Source: Paraspadella gotoi
Lineage: Eukaryota; Animalia; Chaetognatha
NCBI GenBank assembly: GCA_051294375.1
Contig: CM119267.1
Location: 5,159,822-5,223,821 of the forward strand
DNA: 64,000 nt
Direction of reading: 5' to 3'
Positions within the stretch are counted from its first letter, which is position 1. Each line of letters starts with the position of its first letter. The position numbers and the translations under genes are program-made. Positions 13,074 to 34,945 of this stretch are shown one piece after another. The notes beneath the pieces were generated by a model. It was not told the origin of the DNA and searched no databases. It was given only the letters and a program-made list of their open reading frames with translations.

Positions 13074-13890
13074 GAGGAGCGGTGGAGACGAGGAAGCGGG
13101 GGTGAGGGAGGGGGGGGAGAGAGGGTTGGAGTTGGAGGAAGTGACGGTGGAAATGAGACTGAGGAAGACCTGAAGGAAAAAATCAGAAAATTAAATATGC
13201 ATATAATGAATGAAAACGAATTAACTAATAATAGGGTGGAGTGATGAAAATATTGAGCGATTAAATATTATTTTTTTACTGCTTATGGATAATTGGATTT
13301 GTAATTAACAAATTTTAAATCCGTTAATAATTTTTTTAGCATAAGTGTAGTAAAATCATTAAATTTTAAAATATTAGATTTTTATTTTTAAGAACAGATT
13401 TGGATTTGCCATAAAAATTTTGAAAAATATATAAAATATATTATAGAATATTTTAATGTTTAGACTGCAAAAAAATGATTAAAATGTTTTAACATATATT
13501 AGTTTCTACTACAAAGAATAAGAAAAATGATTATTTTTTTAATCTTAGATTTAACTTTTTATAAAAAATTATTAAAATTTGTTTTTAAAAATTTACTGTT
13601 TTATAAAAATATTATTACAAATATATTGTGTTTTACTATTCTGTTCCCCAAACAATATGAACAAAATATTTTTTTGAACTAGTTAATCATACTATCTCAT
13701 GTCTAAATATTCTTATTTGATCACTCAAATAATTTATTTTGTTGTTGATAGCTCCACTCTATTAAATAAATCTTTCAAAATCAAATTTAAAGGAAGTAGT
13801 TCATGTCGTGGTTACTGGGTAGTCGACAAAGTAAAAACTGGCCTTGTTTTTTAATGTTTCAGAGTAAAAACCGGTTTCAAAAAGCGGAAT

Positions 13891-14019
<129 letters not shown>

Positions 14020-14241
14020 AATAAAGAAAACAAGAAAGGAGAAAGAAAAAAAGAAAGAAAAAGAGAGAGGGAAGTAAAAATATCAAATTCATTTAATTAT
14101 TAAAAATCAGTTTGAAAAGCATTTTGATGATCCAAAATAATTATGCCTTTTGTTCCAAAATTTGGCATCGCTGAAAAAAAATATTCGTTCAGAGAATTGA
14201 GCTGAGGCACGAACTGAAAACAAGTCTTCCCGAGTACAGAT

Positions 14242-14308
<67 letters not shown>

Positions 14309-14743
14309 GCGATCGCATCTTTTTTTTCCATAGGAATCAGCAGCCGGAGAAACTCGGGTTCAAAAATGTGGCCCAAATGTTTTTCGACGTGTTTTTTGTT
14401 TATTGGATTTTATATGTAATATTTTTTTTGATCTTTTCATTCCTTTCATTGTTTTCATTCGTTTATAATTTTTATTTTTCATTTAAATTTAACAAAAACA
14501 TCGAAAGAAAGAGAGAAAAAAATTAGATCGAGCAGATCGACTGGCGACGACGACGACGACGACGACGATGACGAACGACGTCGACGACAGCAGTGCGAAA
14601 GGACCGGTTTTTAGTCAGCTTTCAGATGAAGACTGAAGAGTTTCTTTTTTTATAGTAATAGTTTATAACTGATTCGGTCTTGCATACCACATGGAAAATA
14701 GTAGATTATTAATTTATTCATTATGAAAGAGCACTGTTTTCCC

Positions 14744-14829
14744 CTTAGGTGCAAACATGAAATGAAAAAAGAATTGTCTAGTTTTTGAAACAAAATCTTT
14801 TTTTTTTTTATTTCATGTTTGCACCTAAG
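14744..14829. mobile_element. ~80-bp palindromic MITE, Tc1/mariner type (TA-flanked)
   Basis: CTTAGGTGCAAACATGAAAT ... ATTTCATGTTTGCACCTAAG is a perfect 20-bp inverted repeat containing TA near each end. Confidence 0.6.
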
Positions 14830-14850
14830 AGGAAGACAGAAGTCTTCGAA

Positions 14851-15043
14851 GGGCTCTCTTTTCCCAGAGCGCCCCATTTCTGTTCTTTTATCCTTAAACC
14901 TTAACCCTAAAAACCCTGATCCTTAATTTTTAACCATAATTCCTAATCTTTAATTAATCCTTAACTTCTAACGTAATTTTTAATTAAAAAATTCTAAATT
15001 ATACATTTAAGCAAAAAAAGGACGTTATCGGAAAATAATGCCC
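14851..15043. mobile_element. MITE-like element with ~28-bp imperfect TIRs and a degenerate (CCCTAA)n core
   Basis: GGGCTCTCTTTTCCCAGAGCGCCCCATTT ... AAAAGGACGTTATCGGAAAATAATGCCC, enclosing ccttaaaccttaaccctaa repeats. Confidence 0.6.
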
Positions 15044-15490
15044 TTTTGGCTTTACGTAACGAGATCGGTTAGGTAATTTGACGAACGGTTTCGTGATAAT
15101 GGTTTTAATGACTTAATGAAAAGTTTGGTTTTTTTTGTTTGTTTTTTTTGTGTTTTTTTTTTTTTTTTTTTTTTTTTTGGTGCGAGTTAAATAAATTAAC
15201 CTGATCATTCGGTTACGAGAGGTCACGAAGATATGTTTTCTTCATTAAACAAATTATTGGTTTATTAATTCGTTATATAACTACGTATAACTTAGAAAAA
15301 AGGGGTTTCAGATTAACGGTTTTATTATTTTTATCTCGATGCACTAACCAAATTCGAAAAAGTCCGGTTTAGAAATTGATGAATGAATAAGTAAGAAACG
15401 AAGAACTATGTGGAAAAAAAGGTTAAGAGTATACTTTACGAGAAAAACAAGTTTAGGAAGGAGTTAGGATAAAAGAGAGAGTTGAGAGAG

Positions 15491-15524
<34 letters not shown>

Positions 15525-15527
15525 GAG

Positions 15528-15574
<47 letters not shown>

Positions 15575-15691
15575 TATATTAGTAAGAGAAAAGAATTGCA
15601 ATTCGGGTTCAGGATGAAAGTTCAAGTTTCGAAGTGAAGTGAGTCAGGTCACAAAAAACGCCGCAAGTCCACGATTCCACTTTTTTTTCAC

Positions 15692-15757
<66 letters not shown>

Positions 15758-15935
15758 TTCCCATTGGATTCGTATTTTGTTTTGCTCTAAATTCTCTCCA
15801 TGGATTAAATTTCTTTACTTTAGCCTTTAAAGAACTCCTAGTTTAAAGTCCCTTTCGAATGCGGGTTTTTCGTTTAAAAGGTTTTTTTTTTTAAAGAAAA
15901 TTTGGTCATTTCATTGGTTCTTACTTTTCTACCTC

Positions 15936-16081
15936 TTATATGCAAAAAGCGGTAGTTCCCGTTACATATACTATTGCAAGCTTGAAAGGGGAAGAACAAT
16001 CATCGCGGCTGTGGCTGCCGCTGCTGCTTTGAAGGCTGCGCGACGCCGGATGCGGCTGCTGGGCCATGCCGGCTCCAGCTG
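15936..16081 (-). other. Candidate exon (GC-rich island after a strong acceptor); may be a 5' exon of the CPTP-like gene or the last exon of a neighbour
   Basis: ttttttattcctaccgcag| followed by an open frame AGAGMAQQPHPASRS...AFCI*. More GC-rich exon-like blocks lie at ~16400-16660 and ~16735-16860. Confidence 0.25.
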
Positions 16082-16658
16082 CTGCGGTAGGAATAAAAAA
16101 CCAAAAAAAAAACAAAAGATAGAAAAAAAAAAGGAAAGTAAAGGGAGAAAGTGGAGTAAATATCAGGAGCAAAGGATTTACGAGAGGCGGTGTTTGAAAA
16201 AAAAATACAAAAACGCAGTCGAGAAACAAAAAATAAGACTAAAAAAAGATTAAAAGAGAAAAAAAATCTGCCAGTTTCACGAAACTTTTTAAGTATTTAT
16301 TTTGACGTGTTTATTTGATTCTTTTGAAAAAAAAAAACAAAAAGAAAACAAAAATAGAAACGATTTAATATTTTTTTTTTTCAAATCCAAATTTAATTTA
16401 CGGCTCCGTCGTAACCTTCTTTGCCGCCTCGCCCGAAGGGCGCGTGAGGCATTCAGGCATCTTCCGCCGCGCCGCACCTAGCGCCGACCGCACCGCTCCG
16501 GGCGCGCCTCCACTCCCCTTTTTACGCACCTGCGGGGCAAAAACGGAAATCTGCATATGCAAAGTCGGGGCCTCGTTACTCGACGCGTTAAAGGCATTCG
16601 CTTCGTCGGCCGCCCTCGTTATTGTAAAGCATAACGATCCTGAGAAACAAGAGAACGT

Positions 16659-16728
<70 letters not shown>

Positions 16729-17513
16729 TGAGGGACTTGAGATGGCGATGCCTCCAGTTCTGCTTTTATGCGCGATCTCAAGTGGCCGAGATATTGAGAT
16801 TGACAATTGAACCACGAGATGGTATTAGACGGACGGTCAAGCGGGAGCCACGCGGATTTCATATAAACATAAAATTCAAATAAATAATGAAAATAAATCA
16901 AATCACCTCTAGAGAAGTCATATGGCGGAAACAATATCGGCCAATAAATACCGAAGCTTAAAATAACATATTCGCTGTATGAATGACTCTGTCAGAAAGT
17001 CAGAAAGTGACCATCTGTCATCTCACCATATATGGTTCTCATATATGGTTCTCTTTTTTTATCTTTTTTTCCACGCCGCCATTTCGCCACGAGTTTCGTT
17101 TTACGATCCACGCGTATTCTTTGAGCGTTCGCTTCCGCGGTCAACTCGTAGTCCCGCGCACGCGCGTTCTCGTAGTTTTCGGACGTGCGCTCCCAGTTTT
17201 TCCCCGTCGGAACCGTTCGCCGACGGTCACGTGCGAGACCCCGGGGATTAGAGATCCGTTTCGAGCCCGAAACCCCGAGTTCAAGACCTTTGGCAGAGGA
17301 GTGGGAAAGAGAGTTCAAAATAAAGTTCAAGTTATCACAGACCCTGGAAGACTTTGACCAAAAACAGTAGTTTATAACTTAAGAACTTATAACTAAACTT
17401 TCGTTCAAAAGTTTAGGTTTAAACCTTTTCCACCACGGGTCAAATCTTAAACCCCGGTTTGACAACCTCGCGGCGAGGTCCGTCGCTTGTCACGTCCGCG
17501 AACCCCAGGGTTC

Positions 17514-26944
<9,431 letters not shown>

Positions 26945-27364
26945 NNNNNNNNNNNNNNNNNNNNNNNNNGACTGTCAAACGTCGTCGGTTAGAAAAGAAA
27001 AACCCGGTGAAACAGATTTATTTTTTTAGGAGGCTCATGGCTACTTGGTGAGGCATATATCAAAAGATAAATAGGATAATATGGACAGATATATATGTTA
27101 TATGAGAGGATGCAATAGTTAGGCCACAACCAATTTGACGTGAGATAAACTCCCCGCGACACAAAATTTGAACGAAAACTACGAGTTCAACGAAAAACGA
27201 CGACGACGCAAGTCTTTGGTGGAAGATAAGAATTGTGAGTAGAAGAGACGGTCCAAAGTAGAGGATTTTGAAAAGCACAAAAGGAATAAAAAAGAAGAAG
27301 AAGAAGAAGAAATGAAATTTATTTTCTTCCTTATTTTTCGCGCTTCTGATTGGCTGAAAAGTGC

Positions 27365-27492
27365 GACCGTTTGTGACCGCGTGTGACCGGTCACACTCGG
27401 TCGCACGAAAATTTGTGACTGCTTGTGACCGTGTGTGACCGCCTTGTGACAGGCTGTGACTGCTTGTGACCGCTTGTGACGAGGCAGTGACC
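27365..27492. repeat. Degenerate ~11-bp (gcttgtgacc)n tandem repeat
   Basis: Repeated tgtgacc/tgtgact. Confidence 0.75.
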
Positions 27493-27859
27493 AGGCTCCA
27501 TTATTGGTCGAAATATAAAGAAGAAGTGACCGAGGATTTCTATTGGTCATATTTGTTGAATTACGATTGGTGGCTTTTTCCTTAAACTTAAACTACTGAA
27601 CGGAACGACCTTACCAATCCCTTCTTTTCTAAACTCACCCATCACCTCACTTCAACTCATTCGCTTAGAAACAAACTTCTCCCATCCCTCGCCATCCCAA
27701 TTCTCAACCGCCTTCAACCTCCCAGCCTCATTTTACAAAATTCCATATTCCTAAATTACTTAAAAATATATGAACAATACGACCGATTCTAAAGTCGAAA
27801 CAATCCTAATTTGGTAAACCTCTTTTCTCGCCACCACATCCCTTTAACTCACCACTACC

Positions 27860-28082
27860 AAAATAAACAACCACATCCTTGAAAACTCAACACAGCCTTA
27901 AAAATTCACCACAGCCATAAAAACTCACCACAGCCGAAGTCATTAAACAACAACATCCTTGAAAACTCACCACAACCGAAGTCAATAAAGAACCACATCC
28001 TTGAAAACTCACCACAGCCTTCAAAACTCGCCACAACCGAAATCAATAAACAACCACATCCCATAAAACTCACCCCAACCCT
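27860..28082. repeat. Degenerate tandem repeat built on aaaactcaccacagcc / aaccacatccttg
   Basis: Read directly from the sequence. Confidence 0.75.
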
Positions 28083-28642
28083 GAATCTCCGCGAAAAAAA
28101 ACCATTTAAAAAAAATCCCATTTCTCATTCACTCCCGCCATCTTAAATCACTCATCCATCGCCTTCATTGGCTTCTCCGATGACGTAAACACTTCCCCAG
28201 TTCCATCTCAATCATAGAGACGACGACGACGACTACAACAACAACAACAATGATTCCAAGCCGTGGTAACCTATTCCTCATCCAATCACCCATCGACTCC
28301 TACCTCTTACCCACTTTCGAATTACATCCTGGTTTTGTAACCTCTCCTCTTACATCCCTGAAGTCTCTTCCTCCTCAATTTCTCTCTCGACTTTGTCGTC
28401 TCCTCGTCGTCATTATCGTCGTCAACATTGTCCCCGCCGCCTGGGGTCGAAGGGATAATGAATTTCTACCCAAAGACATGGGGTACGACCATTGTTGATC
28501 CTTTCCAAATGTTATGCCTTATGGGCTCAAGAGTTTTTATTGTCGCGGTTTTCCGTCTTGTTGTCCGATGTGTTCGCTCATCGTCGACTGTTATCGATTC
28601 TCTCCGACTCGACGTTCCGCTGCTTAAACATCAACAATTTCC

Positions 28643-28871
28643 GGCACTATTTTTCGAGAGCGGCCCGTTTCTTTTGATAATCCTTGAACTATTCAACCCT
28701 AATTGTTGGACATAAACTTTTGCGAAATGTTTAGAATGGAAACAAACTTACTTCATTTATGAATCCCTAAACTAAATCTTATTCATAAATCATGACCCAA
28801 TTTTTAAATTTTAACCCCTTACTTAATTCTGAATTTAAGTTGAAATGTGGCGCTTTTAGAAAATATGGCCC
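28643..28871. mobile_element. Same TIR/(CCCTAA)n family
   Basis: ggcactatttttcgagagcggcccgtttc ... gaaatgtggcgcttttagaaaatatggccc. Confidence 0.55.
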
Positions 28872-29267
28872 AAATTCTATCCCAAAACCAGGCATACCGC
28901 CTTACCGTCCTTAAACACCCTTAAACTAAATTTAGCTCTACTTTTCCTTCCCGCCCCCATATTTTTTTAAAAATTACTTCCCATTGAGTAAAAAAAACCA
29001 ACAACTTGATGCCACCAGCTAATGGCACAAAAACTCCCTCCGATTTTCTATCCTGACCACCTCCGCGACTTTCTTGGCACTTTTTTCCACTTCTAACCAC
29101 CCATGGTTAAACCACCTCCGCGACTTTCTTGGCACTTTTTTCCTCTTCTAACCACCCTTTCCGCCCCGTGCTTCTGCCGCACCCACCTCAGCTCTTAAGT
29201 GCATTTCTCCAAAAAAAAATAAACTAAAAAACCAACCAACGTCTCAAAACTGATCTCTTCTCCCCAG

Positions 29268-29503
29268 CCCCCGCATTCTACTCACTCCCACAACCTCGCC
29301 CTAACTTACCCTTCCTCCCCAATCCTCCCACGCTCTCCCCCCCAACGCCCCCTTTCCTCCTTTCCCAACCACTTCCGGCTTACGAGGCTTCTCTCATAGC
29401 AGACGAGCGCGCCGTTGGGCGCAAACATTTAGCGAAGGCCCTCTATCGGAGAAAGAAAATGGGGTTTTCGAAGGGGCCCGACTTGGTATTCTCGCGCCTG
29501 TGA
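29268..29503 (+). CDS. Candidate orphan terminal exon (Pro-rich, LPAY motif, ends FSRL*)
   Basis: Branch/acceptor ctgatctcttctccccag| is followed by 77 open codons in phase 1: PAFYSLPQPRPNLPFLPNPPTLSPPTPPFLLSQPLPAYEASLIADERAVGRKHLAKALYRRKKMGFSKGPDLVFSRL*. No homology recognised. Confidence 0.3.
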
Positions 29504-29789
29504 AATTTCACTTCTATGGCGCATTTTTCCTCTTTTTTTTTAATTTATGGTCCTCGCTATTTTCTCTTTGGCCGCGTCCCCGCTTTTTCCGCCCTCTCCC
29601 TTCTCCCTCACCTTCTCTCTCACGACAAATGTTGGTGAGTTGTGACTTTGGGTCCATTGGCCACTGACTCCCCCGAACTCGTTCACTATCACGTCCTCCT
29701 CCTCTTCCTTCCCCCCCTCCCCCCGCTCTGCCTTCCCTGACATCACGAGACCCCGAGTGACATAATTCGGCTAAATCGGTCTCACGAAT

Positions 29790-30228
29790 TTAGCCTCATC
29801 TGCCTCCTCGTCTCTCATCTCCTCTCATCTCATCTTCTCTCATCTCTACTCATCTATAATCCAGTCTTATCTCCTACCATTCATCCTCATATTCTATCAC
29901 CAATCTTCTCATCTCATTTCTGCTATCATTTCCTCTCATCATCTCTTATTTACTTTGATTTAATCTCACTTCCTCTCATCTCCTATCATCTCATCTCCTC
30001 TCATCTCTATCATCTCTTATCCGTCCTTTTATTCTATCACCAATCATTTCCTCTCATCTTCTATTATTTACTTTGATTCAATCTCACTTCCTCTTATCTC
30101 ATCTCCTCTGATCTCTACTCATCTCTTATCCCGTATCATCCATCCTCTTATTCTATCACCAATCATTTCCTCTCATCTCCTACTATCTGCTACCATTTCC
30201 TCCCATCTTCTGTCATCTCCTCTCATCC
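29790..30228. repeat. Degenerate pyrimidine-rich (tctcatctcc)n array with higher-order units (ttctatcaccaatc)
   Basis: Read directly from the sequence. Confidence 0.7.
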
Positions 30229-30340
30229 CTTTGGAGATCGCGAGATACAAAGATCGAGAGATGGACTGACGTCGACGAAACGTAAAGAAGTGAGGAAGAG
30301 AATAAGGGAGAGAAACCGTTTTTCAACGTTAAGGATGATG

Positions 30341-30371
<31 letters not shown>

Positions 30372-30752
30372 TTATTAAAAACTTTTTTTGGTGAGACAAT
30401 CATATCAGCGACGCATTGTCGTTGTGGTTTTTTAGTTATTGTTATCGCTATTATCATTGTTGTTAATCTAAACTTATTCAATCGCCAATAAATCAAAAAA
30501 CGACTACAACAAGATCGACAACAACCAAAGAATCCTTGAAGGCAGACGTCACTTCCAGATAAGACGAATCCCCGTTAAATTCTCAGTCCATCCGTCTGTC
30601 CGTTCCCTTCCTCCCCCTCACATCCATCCGTCCATCTTTCTCAACGTTCGTCCCAATCGTCCTCTCATTAGTTCATCATACCAATCCGTCCGTCCGTCGA
30701 GCCTCCCTTCACGCGTCCGACAAGTCAGTTTCACCTATTTCATCCATCACGA

Positions 30753-30790
<38 letters not shown>

Positions 30791-32750
30791 CGATTCTACT
30801 AAGCGTCTCGGGCGAGCGAAGATTCCGAGTGAATAATTTAAAGGGAGCGAATTTATGGATTTCGGACGAGTTAACTTTAATTTTTCAGCGACCATAAACT
30901 TTTGACGAAAATTCATGGGGCGATTCCCGTCGCACGTGCCAATTCCGAGGTTGGATTAAAAAAAAAATTCAAAAGGATTCGATTTTTTACTTTTTTTTTT
31001 GGTGGGCGAATAATTTTATACAATTTTATTTTAATTCTTTTTTTTTCATAGATTTGTTGGTTTGTTGTTGTTCATTGTTTAGTGGGGGGGGTTTCAGATC
31101 CAAACATTAGTGTTCACTTAAAATGAAAAAAATAGGGTTTAACGGTTTTCCTATTGATAGACTGATGGACTGATTACATATTTTTGAAGATGTATCTATG
31201 AAATTGGTACAACCAAAAATTATCCATTCATTTAATAAATATCTTGCCCCTGACTTTGGACTGGCTTGGGTGGTTTAAGGCTTCCATCACTCTTACAAAA
31301 TAATGACATAGCAGGTCTCTGCAAGCTTTCATCAAGACTCTCTCATTCATTTCACTAGAAATTTCTAATAAAAGTAATTTTTCGAGGGGCGATTTTTTTT
31401 TAAATAAAAATCATTTGTCGAAATAAAAAAATTCGATATTTTATAACGAAACAAACAAAAATGAAAAGAATTCTACCTCTTGAAACAAACAATAACAAGT
31501 CAAACTAATTTTATTCGTGAGTCTGTGAACTACACTTCTAATCACCGAGAATAAAAAAAACTTTTAAGTTTTTTTCTTTTCAATTTCGTCAGCAAAATAA
31601 GAGAATCACGATTCCTTTGCTCGACGACTCAGTTTGGCTTCGCCAACTTTCTTTTCTTATTTATCCTTTTTTGTCTTTTTTTTTTTGTTTGGTAACCATC
31701 GAATATTTATGCTTGTCAGCTTGAACCGACACTGACGGTTGATTTTTCTTTCCCTTCCCCCATTGTTTAAGCATTTCATTAGAGCCACTCTCTCTCTCTC
31801 TTTTCTCTTCTCTCTCTTCTCTCTTCTCTCTCGCTCTCTCCCCCCCTTGATCCATCCGTCCCTCTCTCTCTCTCTTTCTCTCTCTCACTTCCTTTCCTTT
31901 TCTCTCTGGCGCCTGTGCTTGCATTTGCTTGGCGACTGTTTGGTTATACATTTCCCGCTNNNNNNNNNNNNNNNNNNNNNNNNNNNNNNNNNNNNNNNNN
32001 NNNNNNNNNNNNNNNNNNNNNNNNNNNNNNNNNNNNNNNNNNNNNNNNNNNNNNNNNNNNNNNNNNNNNNNNNNNNNNNNNNNNNNNNNNNNNNNNNNNN
32101 NNNNNNNNNNNNNNNNNNNNNNNNNNNNNNNNNNNNNNNNNNNNNNNNNNNNNNNNNNNNNNNNNNNNNNNNNNNNNNNNNNNNNNNNNNNNNNNNNNNN
32201 NNNNNNNNNNNNNNNNNNNNNNNNNNNNNNNNNNNNNNNNNNNNNNNAGGCCAAAACAAATGACGATATCGATGCAGTAAAAAAAAAGTTCCCCTGGGCG
32301 AACCGAAGCCTTACCTGCCTTAACTCCCTCACCTGCGCCGCTTACCCGATCGAGGACCAACATTTTTTTGTATTCGTTTAAGGTCAATAACTTTTCCGGT
32401 GCAGATGTCACAAAATAAGTAAGGTGTGGCGAATCCATTTTAAGAGAAAAAACCAAAAAACCCAAAAAATAGCGAAATAATTGAGATTCTCAACGAACTT
32501 AACCCGCCAAAACAAAACCTTACCCGGCCAAAAAACAAAAAAGTGCAATATCCCCTTAACCTCCCCCCCCGCACTCCCCGCGCACCTCGGTTAGAAAGTA
32601 AGGCGATATGGCGAAAGGGGATGGAAAATAATGGCGACGCTCGGCGACGTTGAAAAGAAAAAAAAAACGATAAGCGGGGAAAAAGAGGGGAAGAAAATTG
32701 GGAGGCAGGGTCGGTATGGGGGAGAAAGGGAGGAGAGAGAGAGAGAGAGG

Positions 32751-32823
<73 letters not shown>

Positions 32824-33113
32824 CAGGGTTTAGGGGCAAAAGAATGGAATAGAAATGAAGGAGCAAACTTTGAAAAAATATAAATTGGGTTAATGGGGAA
32901 GTAAAAAAAAAATGTCTGAAGAAGGAAATTAACAATTGAGGGCTGAAGAAAGAAATAGCGAATCTTAACTTACTTTTAAAGATTAAGTTTTCCGATGCTG
33001 CTGCACAAACGTTTTGTTTGGTGTAGTGACGTTTATTTATTTATTTATTTAATTTCTTTCTTTATTTATTTTTTTCTAAAAAAAAAACTTCAACAATGCA
33101 GCGATTCTTACGA

Positions 33114-33150
<37 letters not shown>

Positions 33151-33699
33151 CACCGTCAAAGACGACTGAAGATGGAGAAAAAAGATGGAAGGGGTAAAAG
33201 ACCCGCGCAGCCGAGTTGGAAAAAATTTGTCAAATCTAAATCCGAAAAAGACTTTCTCGAAGAAATAAAAAGTTCATACGTTTGGTGATTGGAGAAGGTG
33301 TCGTCTCGTGTTAAATATTATTATTCCTATAATTGTAGTTATTGTTCTTGATTATTGATGACTTTATTATTTTAATTAGATTTATCGTAATTTGATAAGA
33401 TTTGATTGGTAGTCATCGATTTTCGTATCTGGTGGTCACCCAATTTTTTTTTTAAACGATGAGGAGGAGGGGAAGGAGGAAGAGGAGGAAGAAGAAGAGG
33501 AGGAGGATGGTGAGAAGAACCAAGAGGATAAAACCAAATTTCACGATTTCGCTCGTTAATTTGATTCGAAGCGCAGATCAGCATTCGAATTGGAAACCTC
33601 CACTCCTCCCCCCCCCTTCCCGTACCCCGCTCCTCATTTCGCTTTTTCCGCTTTTCGCTCCTTTTTCAATTCATTGGTTTCGCTTTAGATAAAAATTTC

Positions 33700-34945
33700 C
33701 CTCTAAATTCGGTCCGGGTCGACGCGATCTCCGCCCTCGAGGTTTCCGCTTCCGTCCGCTAAATTCCGCTTCTTCGCCCTCGAGTTTTCCTACTTCCTCC
33801 CTTTAAGGGGACCCAGTGATAAAAATGATATCATAAGCTTAACGGTCTATCATCAAAGGAATTTGAATTGGTGATAGTCATTAATTTTTCTTGCACGGGA
33901 AAGTGGCAAAAAAATTCCTATCTCTTATTGTAGCGGAAACAAAAAATTTAATAATTATGAAAAAAAAATTTAGTTGACCCTACCTAAATATTTATATAAT
34001 CCATTATTTATTTTTGCATTAGTAAGTATTTTTACTAAATTCCAATTTTTTATTTTTTACTGTACAAAGCTATAATTTTAGGTTTAAGCCTCATTGAACA
34101 AAGGCTTTACAAGACTAATATTTTTATATTTTTATATTTACTTAAAAGCAGACAAATCAAACCTAAATTCTATTCTTACAGAAACAAAACTATAATAATT
34201 ATTAATTAATATTCATATTCATCCCTTAAATGTATAATTAAACTATAACAATTAAAAATTTAGCAAAAGTACAGAATCTTCTCTTCTTTTATATTTATAT
34301 TACTTTAAAGAGTTTTATTTTCATCCAATTAACAGAATCATTTGAAAAAGAAAGTTTAAATAAAATCAGTCGATACCTTAATTTTGATTCATTCCTATTT
34401 TTTTTTCTTATAAATTTTTGTGATAAAAGCTGAAAATCTTTTTTAAAATTAGATCTTACCCTTTTTTGAAAAAAAAAATTTTAAACTTGAAAAAAGATTT
34501 TCTTCTTTACCGATTTTTTAAAGAAAATTAAGCTCGCTGATTTTATCAAATTTTTTAACTACTTTCCCAAATGATTATAGAAGAAAAAATATATATGATC
34601 AGAACCAGCTTAAGTTAAAGCGGTCAAACGTTATGTTTTCAGCTTTTTACCCCCCTGTTCACTTGGTCCCCTTAAATACCGCTTCTCCGCCCTCGAGTTT
34701 TCCGCTTCCCTCCTCTAAATTCTGCTTCTCCGTCTCGAGTTTTCCACTTCCGTCCGCTAAATTCCGCTTCTCCGCCCTCGAGTTTTTCTGCTTCCCTCCT
34801 CTTAAATTCCGCTTCTCCGCCTCAAGTTTTCCGCTTCCCTCCTCTTAAATTCCGCTCTCCGCCCTCGAGTTTTTCCGCTTCTCCGCCCTCGAGTTTTCCG
34901 CTTCCCTCCTCTTAAATTCCGCTTCTCCGCCCTCGAGTTTTTCGC
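33700..34945. repeat. 44-bp minisatellite (ccgccctcgagttttccgcttccctcctcttaaattccgcttct)n split by the TTAA element
   Basis: Units at ~33700-33806 and 34672-34945. Confidence 0.85.
33807..34671. mobile_element. Non-autonomous TIR DNA transposon with TTAA target duplication (Kolobok-like), 865 bp
   Basis: TTAA(33803-33806)|GGGGACCCAGTGA ... TCACTTGGTCCCC|TTAA(34672-34675), with an AT-rich non-coding interior. It interrupts a 44-bp minisatellite exactly at the unit's TTAA. Purine (GG) termini favour Kolobok over piggyBac (CC). Confidence 0.8.

Larger units (their letters stand above)
3370..13331. repeat. ~5-kb tandem duplication (3370-8396 and 8435-13331) joined by a 25-N gap
   Basis: Both units start ...ttggaac(t)acgccactagcacg and end ...taaatccgttaataat. 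They are colinear throughout and differ mostly by 1-bp indels. Confidence 0.95.

Noticed and set aside
32249-32420. Exon-like fragment after a gap (AKTNDDIDAVKKKFPWANR...)
   Set aside because: Truncated by the gap, strand ambiguous, no recognisable domain.
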